Positions 24,606 through 39,101 of a stretch of 64,000 nucleotides of DNA are shown here, piece by piece (the stretch's first letter is position 1; each line of letters starts with the position of its first letter). The position numbers and the translations under genes are program-made. Origin of the DNA: Octopus sinensis (taxonomy: Eukaryota); the NCBI RefSeq assembly GCF_006345805.1, contig NC_043006.1, positions 77,314,001 to 77,378,000 on the forward strand, given 5' to 3'. The notes under the pieces are model-generated. The model ran no database searches and had not been told where the DNA came from. It saw only the letters and a program-made list of their open reading frames with translations.

Positions 24606-27194
24606 ATCATGACAATCACGTCGATCTTAATGTTTTTGTTTATATAAGCAATTCTATAGAAATATTGGTGTATGGCTGTCGAAAGATCAGTCGCCATTTC
24701 TTTCTTGATTAATTTTCGTTTTATGATTCTTGTACTTTGTTTAAATAATAGATCAGACGTAAGATATTTTGTTTGTTTTAGAAGGGAAGTGTGTCGTCGA
24801 TAATATAAAAATGTAGAAGATTATACTAATGTTGAATAATTCACCATAGTCTTAGTAAAACGTACACTGCTGTATCACCTTCAGCCGCTCTCACACCCAT
24901 CACCGATTCGGGTTCATTGCAATGTGTAGCAACCGCGAGCGCTCCTCTTCACAAGAAAATACAATCAATGCCATCAATTTTATTAGGTGACAAAAATGTT
25001 CTTAGGTTCGAATGTCTAGAAGGTATTTGATATTTTTAAATTAGTAAATGTCACAAGAAATCCATATCTAGTCCTTGTTTACACTTTTAACAGTCCCCAT
25101 TGTCTCTTTTCTTTCTATTTTTGTATTTACCTAACTGTGCTCTAGCCGTAAGGTAATCCCCACCGAGTCCGACATTAACATTTGGATTTGTCTTACCATC
25201 CAGAGAATATTTATGGATTGTCTATTTCTCATATGTAGTTGAGTAATCAAAAGACGAAGAACAAAAGTGAAAGTGTCAGTAATGTGTTCACGACAGTGGA
25301 CATGGTTCCAACTCTCTTGACTCTGAATCCAGATCCCGCTGAGCACAGCGTTGCCTTTCATACTGTCGACGGGTGGGGTTTCGATAAAGAAACACTTGAT
25401 GTTGGCTGTGGATTGTCGGCGCTCTACGAGAGTTGGACTGGATGTGTCGCAACATTTGTTACAGTTGTTTACATTCTTTGTTCAAATTCCACAATATCCT
25501 ACACAGATGGTATATTTAATCCGTCACTCAGTCATATTTCACTATTTGGCATGTTGGATGTCTTTAATGGGGAGATCGCTGCTGTGAGTGTTCAAGCTAG
25601 CTATCCTGTTTGAGGACATTCTGGATCTATTCAAAGCTGTGTCAAGGATCGTGGGCACTACCTCCCTCTTGACTACAATATAAATAATAACCGGTGGAAG
25701 GAAAGGAGGTAGGTCATCTTAAATTGGAAACCTGCCTAAACGCTTATAACGTAGCATTTCCGTTAAATGTGGACACACGTCAACAGTTAAGGCATATGGA
25801 CAGGGATTCACACACACTCCCTCTACAGAAATTTTATTCGGAATGCATTGGTCAAACGCACACTGGGAAAGAAACGCATCAAGATTTCACGGCTTTGTGG
25901 GATCGAACTCGCAGAAAGAAATATCGAAATAACATGCAATCGTATGTAACTTATCATATCCACTCCCATATAGAGGGTATTGTTTTGTTTTTAAAAAATC
26001 TGATTTTTTTTTTCTTTTGCGATAAAATAATTACAAGGAGAACAAATATGTAAAGTAACATATTTTGATTTAAAAATCTGCTGCCGTTATTTATTCAGAA
26101 ACAAACACTAAGTCTGAAAATAAATCTAAACTTTTATATTCTAATGTCTACACTTTATTTTTATTTAATTTTTTTTTTGTTTAATGCATTAGTAACTGTT
26201 TATATTAATGCATTAGTAACTTTTATACTGTAATAGATTTGCATGCAAACCATCTTAATGGTTTAGGTTTATAAATATATGTGTGTAAATTTCATATGTA
26301 ACTCACATGAATCTTTTAAGTTTTCGTTAAAATATTTTATTCAATTTTTTATTTTTGATATTTTGTTCCATGGCAATTAATAACGTTTGCTGCTTATATA
26401 TATGCCGTTACCGTTGCTATGTTGCTGACATTTTTCGACTAAAATATTCTTTTTGTATTTCCTTTGTTCATGCTGTTGGCTTAGGGTTTATTATACTATT
26501 GCCATTTTACAGTCTCTAATACCAATTTTATTAATGCTTTTGTGAACAGTACCTACTTAATTTAGTTTATGTTTCATTAACAGTTTCTGGGAAATTCAGT
26601 TAATATATCTGATATGCCTATTATCTTTTTATTTAGATTTTATTTTACCACTCTTTACATAGTATTATGAAACATGCTTTAGAACTGGTTTTAATTTCAT
26701 CTTATAATTATATACACTTTACATACACAAAGTGACATTAAAGGTGAGCAGCATTATTAAAATTCATTACATAATAATATTGGCTGCCGTAAACTAAACA
26801 ACATTTGGCCATTAATATATAAAGTCAAATTAGTTTATCTACACAAATATCTTTATGTATGTTATCAGTCTTCAGACTAATTCAAACGCATTAAGTCATA
26901 ATGAGCAAGATATGCATTATGCTAACACTCTATTGATTATATTTCGAATTGCAGTTGGTGAGAAGCAATGACGTTGCTGGTTACACCTTGACAACAAGCT
27001 AGTCACTGGATTATTCTGTCGGCAAGCATTATAAATAAGTGTCTGTAATTTGGTGGGGCTCGAATATTGCAAGAGAAGTATAATGTACAAATGAACATGG
27101 TAGTATGATAAATGCAACTCGAGAAATTCTTGACCTTCGTGGGACATATGTTGTAGATCTGTAGATTTGCAGCTAAATACAAGATATGTATATA

Positions 27195-27478
27195 TTCGTT
27201 ACGTTTTGGGATTTAGTTTGCAAGATACTTTATGTGACTTCATGTGTTGAAGCATATTCTGTTGTGTCTGGGGAGAGTAATTTTCTCTTTGTGCCTTACA
27301 ATTTAACACACTCACCGATAAAATTTCCACATAGAATCAAGACTAATGAAAATGCTGCAAGACGCAACAAAAATTGTGGAAAATGAAAATATGGAATAAG
27401 TGGAAATTTTACCGGTGAATGTGTTTAATTATAAGGCAAAAAAAGTAAATTACTCTCTCCAGACACAACAGGACATAT
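27195..27478. mobile_element. Fold-back element, family F1 (copy 1)
   Basis: Arms 27259-27330 and 27400-27471 are reverse complements (72 bp, about 8 mismatches). The whole unit is homologous to 43718-44022. Confidence 0.8.
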
Positions 27479-28259
27479 TCTTTACTTTTTAGTTTTACCC
27501 CTCTCGTTTTTGAACCACAATACTACATATATGGATGGATGGGTGGATGTATGGTTGTATAAATATATGCATGCATGTAAGTATGTATGTATCTGTCATT
27601 TTTCAGTTGTATCTCAAGATTTCTCACTAACTGCGAAAATGCCAGTTTGTACCATAGATTCGAGATTCCTTCATTCGAATTTCAACAATATTAACAGGGT
27701 AATTTTTTGCATTTATGCGCGAGTATTTGGATTTAATGCAGGTACAGATTTGCATGGTGTGTTTTATACATGTATCCTTATGCATATAGTTGCATGTCTA
27801 GACATGCGCATATAGACTTAAAAGATTAACTTCTAGCAAGTTTTACAGATTTTTACACGTCCATGAAGGCTTAGATCTTCTGTCTTCGAATGAGTTTTTC
27901 TTATTCTGGTCTTGCCAAGCCTAGTCTTTCAAGATTGGTACTTATGCATTGTGGTACATATCCTAGTACCCAAATAATTACCTTTTAAATATCTTCTGTC
28001 GAACTTATTCCACCCATAATGCAGTGATCAGAGCACTTTCATAGAAATACAGTAAACCAGTGATAAATTTATTGGCAACTTTTAAACAACGTCGATTTTT
28101 TCCCGTTCATTATAACACAAAGGAATGTATTTGTGTAAATAGTCTATGATCTTATACAGGAAATGCAAAACAATATTTACTTTATTATAAAATGATTTCT
28201 CATTTAGGCACACGTTCGGCAATATAGGGAATGGAATTATTGGAAACCATGAAACCAAA

Positions 28260-28700
28260 TATATGATTGATAGTCTATTATATCCTCTCAGAAAGGCTGA
28301 AAATGAAAAGACCTGAACTCCGGACGTAAAGTGACAGAGACAATACCACGCCTCAAAGCCAAAGACGTAAATGAAATGATAAACTATTCTGGAATAAAAC
28401 AGTAATTTAAATTTTGGCACAGGCTCAGCAATTTTGTAGGAAGTGTCAATCGATAGCATTTCGGCCAGTATTTAACTGATAGGTATTTAATCAGCACAAA
28501 GGTAAATACGGGATAAATATCGCTAAGCTTTAAATCAGGGATTCTAACGATTCCGTGCCTTATTCTGAAATATAATGTTGGTTTCAAATTTTGGTACAGG
28601 CCCGCAATTGCGGATGAAATGGGCAAGTCGTTTATATCGACCCCAAAAAGATGAAAGACAAAGTTAACCCCGACGACATATTCTAGAATAAAACGAGTAT
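28260..28700 (-). mobile_element. Two or three heavily decayed SINE family A pieces
   Basis: AAATTTTGGCACAGG (28410), CAAATTTTGGTACAGG (28586), ATCGACCCCAAAAAGATGAAAGACAAAG (28636) and CTGAACTCCGGACGTAAAG (28312) are all reverse complements of family A segments. Confidence 0.55.
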
Positions 28701-28919
28701 TTGTCTGTTTGCAGGTTGGTATATGTATAGTTTGCCCACAATCAGGAACTTCAATGGCAGAATTGTTTGATATATAACTCATACAATGGGTGATACTATT
28801 TCTCGGTATATTGTCAGATCAGGTTTGAAATGCGTCAACTTATATAAATTAAATGCCCGTTAAGATTGTTATCTCCTATATCAATACCTAGAATTAATGG
28901 CCTCTATCAAGCAAATATT

Positions 28920-29135
28920 GATTTAATATTTTGGTACAAGTTCAGCAATTTATGAGAAGAGATATAGTCGATAACATCTGTCCCGAGTGCTTAACTAGTA
29001 CTTATTTTATCGACCCCGAAGGATGAACGGCATGGTTGACCCCGGCTCAAAATTAACTCAGAACGTAAAGATGGACGAAATACCGCTAAGAATTTTGACC
29101 GACGTGCTAACGACTCTGCCAGCTTGCCGTTTTAA
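28920..29135 (-). mobile_element. SINE family A copy with an aged TSD
   Basis: GTACTTATTTTATCGACCCCGAAGGATGAA...CGTGCTAACGACTCTGCCAGCTTGCC. Flanked by TCTA(TC/CT)AAGCAAATATT at 28903-28919 and 29136-29152. Confidence 0.8.
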
Positions 29136-29214
29136 TCTACTAAGCAAATATTAAATGAATGAAGTTATTCATGCAACCAATAAAAAAAGTTCGTGAAGAT
29201 TAACACGATGGACT

Positions 29215-29400
29215 AATATTGATTTCAGATATTGGCATAAGGCCAGCAAGTTCAGAGGAGCGGGTAAATGTTTTATGTTAAGCCCACTTCTCAAATGATT
29301 TTATCGACCCCGAAAAGATGAAAGGCTAAATGAAGGCCGGTGGAATTTGAACACAGGCAGAATGTAAGAATAGACAGTATACCCGCCTCGACACCTTACG
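29215..29400 (-). mobile_element. Decayed SINE family A copy
   Basis: TTTTATCGACCCCGAAAAGATGAAAGGC...GGAATTTGAAC. Confidence 0.7.
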
Positions 29401-29665
29401 TTGCACCTATTTTGGAAATAATATGTTATATGATATTAGAAGTTATATATTATGTACTTAACAACTTTTGAGCAAAGCGTATCTTATTTACTATAAATTT
29501 TTTTAAAAAATGATTTTATGAAATATATTAATTTACAGTCCTCTTCAAATGTGGTTTTGTAAAACTGAAGTAAAAAAAGTAGAGGCTATACAAGATGAAA
29601 TATAATATAAATAATCTTTAATGTAAGCAATCAATTTCAAAGTTCATGGATAATTATTTGAATTT

Positions 29666-29870
29666 TAATAATCCTTTCTACTATAGATACAAGACTGGTA
29701 ATATTGTGAGGAGGGGTGAACTCAATTACATTAATCACAGTACTCAGTTAATACTCATTTTATCGACCGCGTAAGGATGAAGTATAAGTTTAGCTTCGAA
29801 TATAAAGATGACCGAAATGCCTCGAAGCATTTTACCCGGCGTGCTAAAGAACATGCCAACCGTGACTATT
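29666..29870 (-). mobile_element. Decayed SINE family A copy
   Basis: TACTCATTTTATCGACCGCGTAAGGATGAA...AAGCATTTTACCCGGCGTGCTAA. Confidence 0.7.
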
Positions 29871-29883
29871 TTTTTTTAAACTT

Positions 29884-30060
29884 AATAATACTTTCAAATC
29901 TTGGCATAAGGCCGGCAATTTCCCGGAAAGGATAAGTACCTATTTTATCAAGCATGAAAGGCAAAGCCGGCTTCGGCAGAATTTGAATTCATAACTTAAT
30001 GACGGGCGAAATGCCGTTGAGCGTTTCGCTCGGCATGCCGACGATTCTTTCAGCTCACTG
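29884..30060 (-). mobile_element. Decayed SINE family A copy
   Basis: ATGAAAGGCAAAGCCGGCTTCGGCAGAATTTGAATTC...CGTTTCGCTCGGCATGC. Confidence 0.7.
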
Positions 30061-30955
30061 ACTTAATTTGAATTTAATAATAGATGTCAATAAACTTCTG
30101 CAGATTATCTTGTCTTTAGCATGCAATTTTACATTGTACGGTATGCCATTCATTTTAAAACGATTAGAATTATGCAAACCCCAATAGACTAGCTTTAACA
30201 GACAATTATATGTCATCCATGATCTCACATAATCTGGACTACACCAATAAAACGGATGGAACTTATTGACTTAGGTTTTATCATCTTTACACTCTACTGC
30301 TAATTTACTTTTGTGTACGGTAGAAGGAAGCGCAGAGAAGGAGGGGGCGGAAAAGATAGGCAGAGAGAAACAGATGGAGGAAGATAGAATGTAAGATTGT
30401 GTAAATATTATGCCTTCGTATATTTGTAGAATCCCTACTAAAGCAAACAATGGTTTTGTAGTTTAATTTTGAGTAGTTTCTTTTAGAGTGTGTTAACTTC
30501 TGGAAAGAGAATAGAATCACTCATACTGCAAAGAAAATGGAATGTTGCAGAGGGTACGGAGATTGTGTGTAATACCAGGGGAAATCTCTTAGATAAACAT
30601 TAATATTAATCTTCTTGTCCGTACATCACTTCATAAGTAAGAATTGTTTTCATCTACATCGAAATATATTTATCGATGCTAGATAATTAAGTCACTCACC
30701 AGGAAACCTCATGATTTCGGTTGTACAGTTATTGCACGACTTAATAAAATTGCCTACCCATAATATGCATGGTTAGATGTATAAGGGCAGGAAAGAAACA
30801 TTGTATTATACGTTTTGTTAATATGGAAGGATCATGCCCATCAGTTCGCACAACTTTTTCAGTTGACTTGCACATGGGGGACAATAAAATTGGGGAAATA
30901 CTCGTATGTTACACGAAGCTTAAAAATAACAATTGTCATACGTGTACACGCATAA

Positions 30956-30997
<42 letters not shown>

Positions 30998-31241
30998 GTG
31001 TGTGTATGTATGTATGTATGTGCCCGCCAAACAGATTTATAAACACATCAGGAAAGGAAAAATCTGTATACATATCTAATTTGTTTAAGTAACTCTATAA
31101 ATATAGACAGCTCTTTCGATGTTTTATCAAATTGCGATAGCAGTGAATTAAAATATTTATACAGATTTTTCTTTTTTTCCTGAAGTGTGTATACATGTTT
31201 TTTCCAGACTCTCTCTCTCTATATATATATATATGTGTGTA

Positions 31242-31286
<45 letters not shown>

Positions 31287-31472
31287 TGTGTGTGTGTGTG
31301 TGTGCTCGTCTTGTGGGTAGAATATTTCGTTCGCACTCATACATTAGTAGACTCAATTCTATAATTCGTCACACTTTCCGTGTTCCGATGGGTAAAATTT
31401 GAGACGCCAGAGAAAGTAACCTCCCCGATGTTACATGAACACTTAAAGTACAGGCTAAGAAACTATACACGC

Positions 31473-31539
<67 letters not shown>

Positions 31540-31863
31540 TTATCAGTAACAATAAAGGGTGAAATTAATTAATTTGGAATAATTATTAATTACACCAAGT
31601 AGAAGTTGGGTAAGGTAGAATTATCTAATTCTTATGCTTTCCTAAAACTTGATTTCGAAACGTACGTCCGTAGGTGACTTAAAATTGTATGATAGATTGC
31701 CGTTATTTCATTCTCTCTTAACCGTCTGTGTTTGCTTTTCAAGTGCTGTGTTTTTACTGAGATCTCCCTTTTAGTAGAAAGAATAGCTATAACTCTTTGC
31801 TATTTCTAAATTCGGTGTGTGGTGAGGCAATTCGTTGCTAAACCCTTAATTGCTTAGTATTAT

Positions 31864-31922
<59 letters not shown>

Positions 31923-34274
31923 GGAAAGGAAGAAAGAGAAAGAAACCGATAACTTCCATTAAGTATCTAAAGTGTAATCTATGTTCTTCTTCCTACACAT
32001 GCGAGTTACTTTTCAAAATGGAGTTGGCATAGACCTCATATAATTTTTTACTTTTATTAAGATACTGTTTTCGTTACTTTCCTTCCTGTTCGCCCGATCT
32101 CTTTCTCCACTTGTTCTTCTACTGTTAAACGTCTCAAATATGAAACAAAATATCCCAATATTTTATCCTCAGCGTAACATTAACGTCAATTTATATTGCG
32201 TTCCCTTTTCTCGTTTGTTATTTACTTCACACACATAAGCTTCTGTACGTGTGTATGTTTATGTTTGTGTGGATGTTAATTAATATCACTGACATGCTCA
32301 GTAAAACATGGTATATATTTATAAAAAAAATTTGTAAGTGAAAATACTGATAAATTGTCTACGAACAGTATGGCGTATCTTGGAATGATAAGATTTTAGT
32401 TAAAACTTTAATTATTTGAATGTCTAATCCGGAAGTCAAATGTCAATGTTTACGCTGATCAATGTCCAGCAAGCTCTTCCGTTCGGCGGGAGATAAGATT
32501 ATTTTTATTATCTTCTACATTCATCGTAATGTTCAATAACTAAATGTTAAGTTTTAAATACTGGTGTATAATATTTATTGAAAATAATATTTATTCTATG
32601 ACGTAAGTTCAATGCCATTTTTCCGAATTATGGATTGAAAAAGCAATTTTAGGTTTCGTGAAGTGTATTATGACAAATAAAGTTCATGACATTTGTTTGT
32701 AGTTATGGATTCTGAATACTAACTTTTGTTTTTATAGTCAATTAATTTAAACGTTATGAGACTTATCTTATATGCAAAAAGTAGTATCCCTAATTTGATT
32801 CCTAGTTACAGATCTGTTTTAAAGACTGGAAGACCATTTTATTTGGTTTATATACTGAATGATGGGCCGGGTGAGAATTGTATTTGAATATCCATTTTTC
32901 ATTAGAAATTATATGATATTAGTTATTTTTGAAATTATGATGTGTCAATGGAAGTTCCAACGTATATTGTTTCATTGATTTTTTTATACCTTTAGTTGTA
33001 ATATCATCGATGTTTTAGATATCCGATTATGTTCATTGTACTTCTAGTAGTACATGCATTCCTGATTGTATGTAAGATGTATTAAATTAGGAATTCTACG
33101 ATATAGCCCTGTTTATGTGAAATAAATTACTTTAGAGGCAAGTATAATCAAATCATTACTATATATATATTGATTCCAGAATATGCTCTCCTTGCTGAAT
33201 CTACGTAAACTCACATTTCGTAGACGTATACTTATGGTTATAGGCCTTTGTCCCTGAAATAGATAAAGGCTACTTCCTTCTCTACATCGTAAGAAGCTTT
33301 CCTCATTTCTCTCTTCTTTATTACTCTACTTATATAGCTTACCAATCTTGCTGTTGTGGGTTGAAAAGGATACATATAATTTATTGTTACGAATTGTATG
33401 CTAACGCCACAAATACCAATAAGAAGTATTTAATGAGACAATAGTCTCATATTCTGACAAGTAGTGGTAAAAAAAAATTACGTTGCTTTTTTAAGCGTAA
33501 TGATTATTTCGAACGCATGTGTTCTTCAGTTATATAACATGCTTCTTACCCTGGTTTACTTGAAAGAATAGGTTTTAAGACCGATATCATAAAATTCAAC
33601 TAGAGATTTGTCGTTCCTCGGTGAATAAGATATTCTAAAGTACTGGATTAATGCTACATATAAGGCATTGACTGTACTGCCATGCTTTGCGGATTTGGAT
33701 GGTTGCCATATTTTTGTTCGAGCAAACTATATCTCGTTTCTTTTAAGACCCTTGTGATCTCATTACAAAATTCCTATCTTCCTATGTGCTCCCCTTAATA
33801 GAATACTGTGACATATGTAGTCCAAATTGTAGCAGGGAAAAACCATAAATCTAATATAAATGTTGTGAACCACAGTGTCTATCAGTAGTGGAATAATGCA
33901 TTGAGAAACACGAATAGGTTTTTTTTATATAAAGTAAAAATTCATTTGAATACATTTGTTACATCCCTAGCCAGAAGGTGCGTATATGTTCGTCATTAAT
34001 GACTTACGTTTCCATACAGAGAATGTAATTGCTACCTAATGGTAATTTATGGTGTGATCATTCAAAGCACTTTTTTTTATTTTATGTGGATGATCTGTTC
34101 CCTTCCGACAAAAAATATCATTTCATGAACCGTTTTAATAGACATTTGAGAATGAAAAGTGTCACGCAAAGTTAAACAAATATAATCTGTTTATTATCTT
34201 GTATTTAAAACTACAGTGTCCATTAAATCGAAATGGTTTTATTTCCCTGTTATTTATTGGATATAATGCCTTAA

Positions 34275-34292
34275 AATATATATATATAATAT

Positions 34293-34336
<44 letters not shown>

Positions 34337-34470
34337 TGTACATATATATATATGCATATACATATATATATGTACACACATATATATATATATATACATG
34401 TACATATATATATACATACATACGTATATATACATATACATGTATATATATATACATGTACATATACATG

Positions 34471-34548
<78 letters not shown>
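34275..34548. repeat. Long (TA)n/(TACA) tract
   Basis: Directly visible in the sequence. Confidence 0.95.
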
Positions 34549-34550
<2 letters not shown>

Positions 34551-36574
34551 AATATGAATAGAGCAAATGTGAGATTTTAATGCATTTTTGTTCTGCAAAG
34601 GCTGAAGAGGGAAGGGAACATATGGCTTGGTTAATAATATCTTGTGAAAGGCAAAGCCGTTATTAATATGTATGCTATATTCTGATAATGGTGCCCCAAT
34701 AGGGAAGGAAAAGTGAGCATCTCTTTTGATAAGTGTATAAATTGATAATCGATGAAGTGGTTTCTTTCGTACTTAAAAGTCCAGTTTTTACTAGAATTGA
34801 TCAATATCGACTTTTAATGCTCTATCTAAAAAGAAACACATGGTAATAACAGCCTGTATAACCAGAAAAGATAAAACTAAATATTGCCACCATAGTTTGT
34901 TATGAGTCCATATGTTGCAATTTTAGTTTTCATGATTTTAGTTGAGGTGACAAGATGGGAACTAAAAGCCTTTAGAACTCTGAACCAATCCCCGATCAAC
35001 GATTTTGTTTATGAATATATAAACACAGATATTTTCATTATTGCGCATTTTCGCTATGAAATTCTTCCGTTTTGAATTTATGTTAATATCACCTTCTCAT
35101 AATAAACTATTGAAACTGTGTGGTATGTATATATATGCCGCGATAGCTATGGTATCAGATCAAATGTGATGTTTATACAACCTTGCAATTATGACATGTA
35201 ATTATCACACGTGTCATAATTACAACACGTGTGGTATCACATTAAATATAGACCTACACATTTATGTTAAAATCTAGTTTACAGCATTATATCAAATACC
35301 GTGTATTAACATATGGTAACGTATCTTAAATAGGTTAACCGCATAAACTTCTTCAAAGTTATATTTAGTAAAATTTGAATTCTAACAAATTATGAAAATC
35401 CAATACCGTCATGAACATATCTGGTAACATTTCGAGTGAGGCCTAAACTAAGCTGCTGTTAATTTTTATAAGACACCTAATCAAACTTGTTGATAACAAA
35501 ATATCAAATCTTCACTTTTCTACAAAATTTACTAACGGATTCAATTTATTAATGAAACGCAGTAATTCGCTGTAACATGTCGTCTGACAACTCTTTTTAA
35601 GAAAAACAAAGACGCAACCATAGACTAAAATTACTGTACCTGCGATTATGATTTACATATTCATTCTTAATTCGTTCCGCCATTTTGCAAGGTGAACATA
35701 GAAATACAACTTTTATTTCGTCATTAGAAGACAAAGCTTTTCAGATAAATGTGTTCATAATACACTCGATTCATTAGCGCCAGTGGACATTCAGCCCCTG
35801 GCGTTTAGATATTATTATGCCTCTTCAGCTACCCCGCTCTAATGAACCTAACACGAGTTGGTGGTTTTCGTCTTTATAGCTTTAGCAAACAAATTATTGT
35901 TTCCGTGATTGTGAAGTTGAATTGTGCTCTGTATACGGAAGATTTCCTTGCTTTTTGGAATTGATTACACTGGGTCTTGGAAGATGATAATCATTTCGTG
36001 TTTTCTCTCTCCGATATATAAACATCAAACTTTTTAACACAACCTTCGGTCCTACCCTTGGGGCCTTCTCTTTGTTGCTTGCATTTGGAGTATATCTCCG
36101 GTTTCAGGATGGGATACCTTCTTCCCCTTCTATAATAGCCCTCTAAAATGGCATTGGCACCGCCATTCCTTCTTCATCGAACTATGTTTTCTCCTTAAAT
36201 TGAAAACCTTACTACAAATGTATTTTCATAGAATTTCAAAGTTTAGATGATACAGGGGCTACAATTTTCATAGGATCTAACCATAGTTTAGCCATAGTTT
36301 AATCAGAATAATGATGGGCTCAATGTAACCGTTGTAGGAGGAAAGGAGGAATTTTTTCTGTCGCACCCCTTTCTTTGGGACCAAAGTACTTAGAACATAT
36401 AGGGCTTTATATACATTCATACACACATGCATACGTACATATATAAATACATACATGCAGATATGCATGCATTCATACATACACATACAAATATACATAC
36501 ATGCAGATAGACAGGTGGACAAACATATAGATAGAAATGTATACTCACAGAGATAGATATAAATATGTATACTC

Positions 36575-36606
<32 letters not shown>

Positions 36607-37947
36607 GTGTTTATATATATGTGTATATATATGTATATATATGTATTTATATACATATATACACACACACACACACATATATATATATATCGTGTATGTA
36701 TGCTTGTGAATGTCTGTGTCCATGTAAGTATTTACGACTGTATATATAGATGTATGATGTATGTAAACATACAGCTTCCTAAATTAGCTGTTTTCAATGT
36801 TGTTGTTCGCATCTGTTTATGAAATTATATTAAAATTGTATATACATGTCGCGTGTTTTAATCCAGTATTCCAAAGATTCGTAAACATTTGTGCAACCAT
36901 ATAATGTTAATGGAAGAATGCTATTGCCGTGTATATATGGTTATGAAAATATATCCATGTATGTGCAAACATGATTCAATTCAAAACGATCTCACCGCAT
37001 TTGTTATAATTTGACATGAATGTTATGCCTAATTTGATAAATGAATAGTGTTAGACACACTGTGAAAAATAAACAAATTCGTTAAACCACAATGTTTATT
37101 TCTCCATGTTAAAAATAAAATGTATGCAAACTTCATACCACTAGACTTACGCATAAGTCGGTTTTTCAGTTTTCTGCCCATGGAAAGATTAAACATGCAA
37201 TGCTAGAATCGTCGGGAAGAGTTTTTTTGTGTTCGCTGCCTCGCTTCGTCGTATACAATCTCTATTCGTTATAGTTCGTAGGCCATTCTCAACCCTCTCT
37301 TTTAGTTTCAGTCACTGCCTCTCTTAATCTTCATGCCTTTCATTTTCTCTAAATTTAGAAATATGTATCCAGTTTGGCCCTTTGTGCAAAATACTTCGCA
37401 GCATATCTTGCAGATTTTTACATTCTGAGTTAAAATCAGGGCGTGGTGAATTTTGCCTTTAACATTGCCAATAAAATTGATTTCCATTCAAGTTCTGGTG
37501 TCCATGTAACTGACTTATGCCTTTCCATCAAAACCGCTATCCTTGAAACCTGCAGCGAACCGGCACTGCGCTCAAGTAGATATTGTGAACGAGAAATCGG
37601 CCTTGTGAATGCATAACCCCCCTCCCAAGTAATAATGTATGTTGTAAGTCTCATTCATTTGTATATTCATGCGATGGTGAGCATGCGCATCATATATATG
37701 GTATTTATAAAAAAAACAGAAATACGTATATATATATATATATATATTACGGAGATGTACTCGCATAGCAAGTAATTTGATCTGAGATCGTGTGCTGAAA
37801 CGAAAACAATTGCAGCGTGGAAGGTGTTTATAAGCCATTTAAGAAACACACAAAAGCCGTTCGATTCACTTCAACATTTAAGTTTAATTTGTCAAAATAT
37901 TTTCGTCGCTAAAATCCGCGACGGTATATATATATATATATATATAT

Positions 37948-37997
<50 letters not shown>

Positions 37998-38003
<6 letters not shown>

Positions 38004-38266
38004 AATATTAGGGAATAAATCCAAATTTTGGATTTTTTATTAAAATTTTATGTATTGATTAAGTCTTTCCTTGTTTGTTTTGCAAAATAGTGGTTTTGTC
38101 TCTAATATATTATAATATATATATATATATATTATATAATATATATATATATATTATATATATGTGTGTGTGTGTGTATGTATATATGAACCCATATGGA
38201 AGCAACTGTATTATACACACCCAGCATACATATATATATATATATATTATTTATTTATTTATATAT

Positions 38267-38330
<64 letters not shown>

Positions 38331-38929
38331 TATTATTATTATTATTATTATTTCTAAATCACATAATGTAAGACATTCAGTAACAGTTCTTTAGAGCTAA
38401 GCCTATTTGCCAACATCACGTGGCTGTCCTGAACGGGACGATGTTACTGTTCTTTAACCCCAAGAAACATCATCTCTAGCTGGCTATACGTGATATCTGT
38501 GTCGTGATATTTTCGAACAGGGTTTTCAGAACTCATGGGTTAGTGTATTCAGATCACGATTGTCAGATGATGGGATCAATCCCCGGCGGCGTTGGAATCG
38601 GTGCCGAATATACTTTATTTCAACTGATCTGATGAAAAATGTGGGACATTGAACTACGGTTCAATACCCCAGCCTTGTCACATCCGATGTGTCACTTTGG
38701 ATCCCCATAAGAACTACGATGAGATTATGCAAGAGTATGTGAAATGGTCAGTCATTTGTACGCTCATTTCACGTGCGGGCCATCTGTTGATCAGATCAAC
38801 TGGACGTTGTAACCGAGTACTTAAGCACACATATATGTACTTAGATACAAATATACATAGATACATACACACGTATATATATACATATATATGTGTATAT
38901 ATATACATATATATGTGTACATACACATC

Positions 38930-38964
<35 letters not shown>

Positions 38965-39101
38965 TTCGAGACAAAACCGCTATTTTGCAAATCAAACAAG
39001 GAAAGACTTAATCAATACATAATATTAATATTTTACTATAAAATTGGATTTAATCCTAAATCTGATTTTTTCCCTGTAATTTGGATTTATTCCCTAATAT
39101 T

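Noticed and set aside
24447-24647. Acidic poly-Asp ORF followed by a hydrophobic tail
   Set aside because: Better explained as a decayed (GAT)n repeat; there is no supporting splice or homology evidence.
33507-33530. Minus-strand CTGAAGA...GAAA hammerhead-like core
   Set aside because: The only stem pairs with the catalytic GA itself, and stems I and III are absent.
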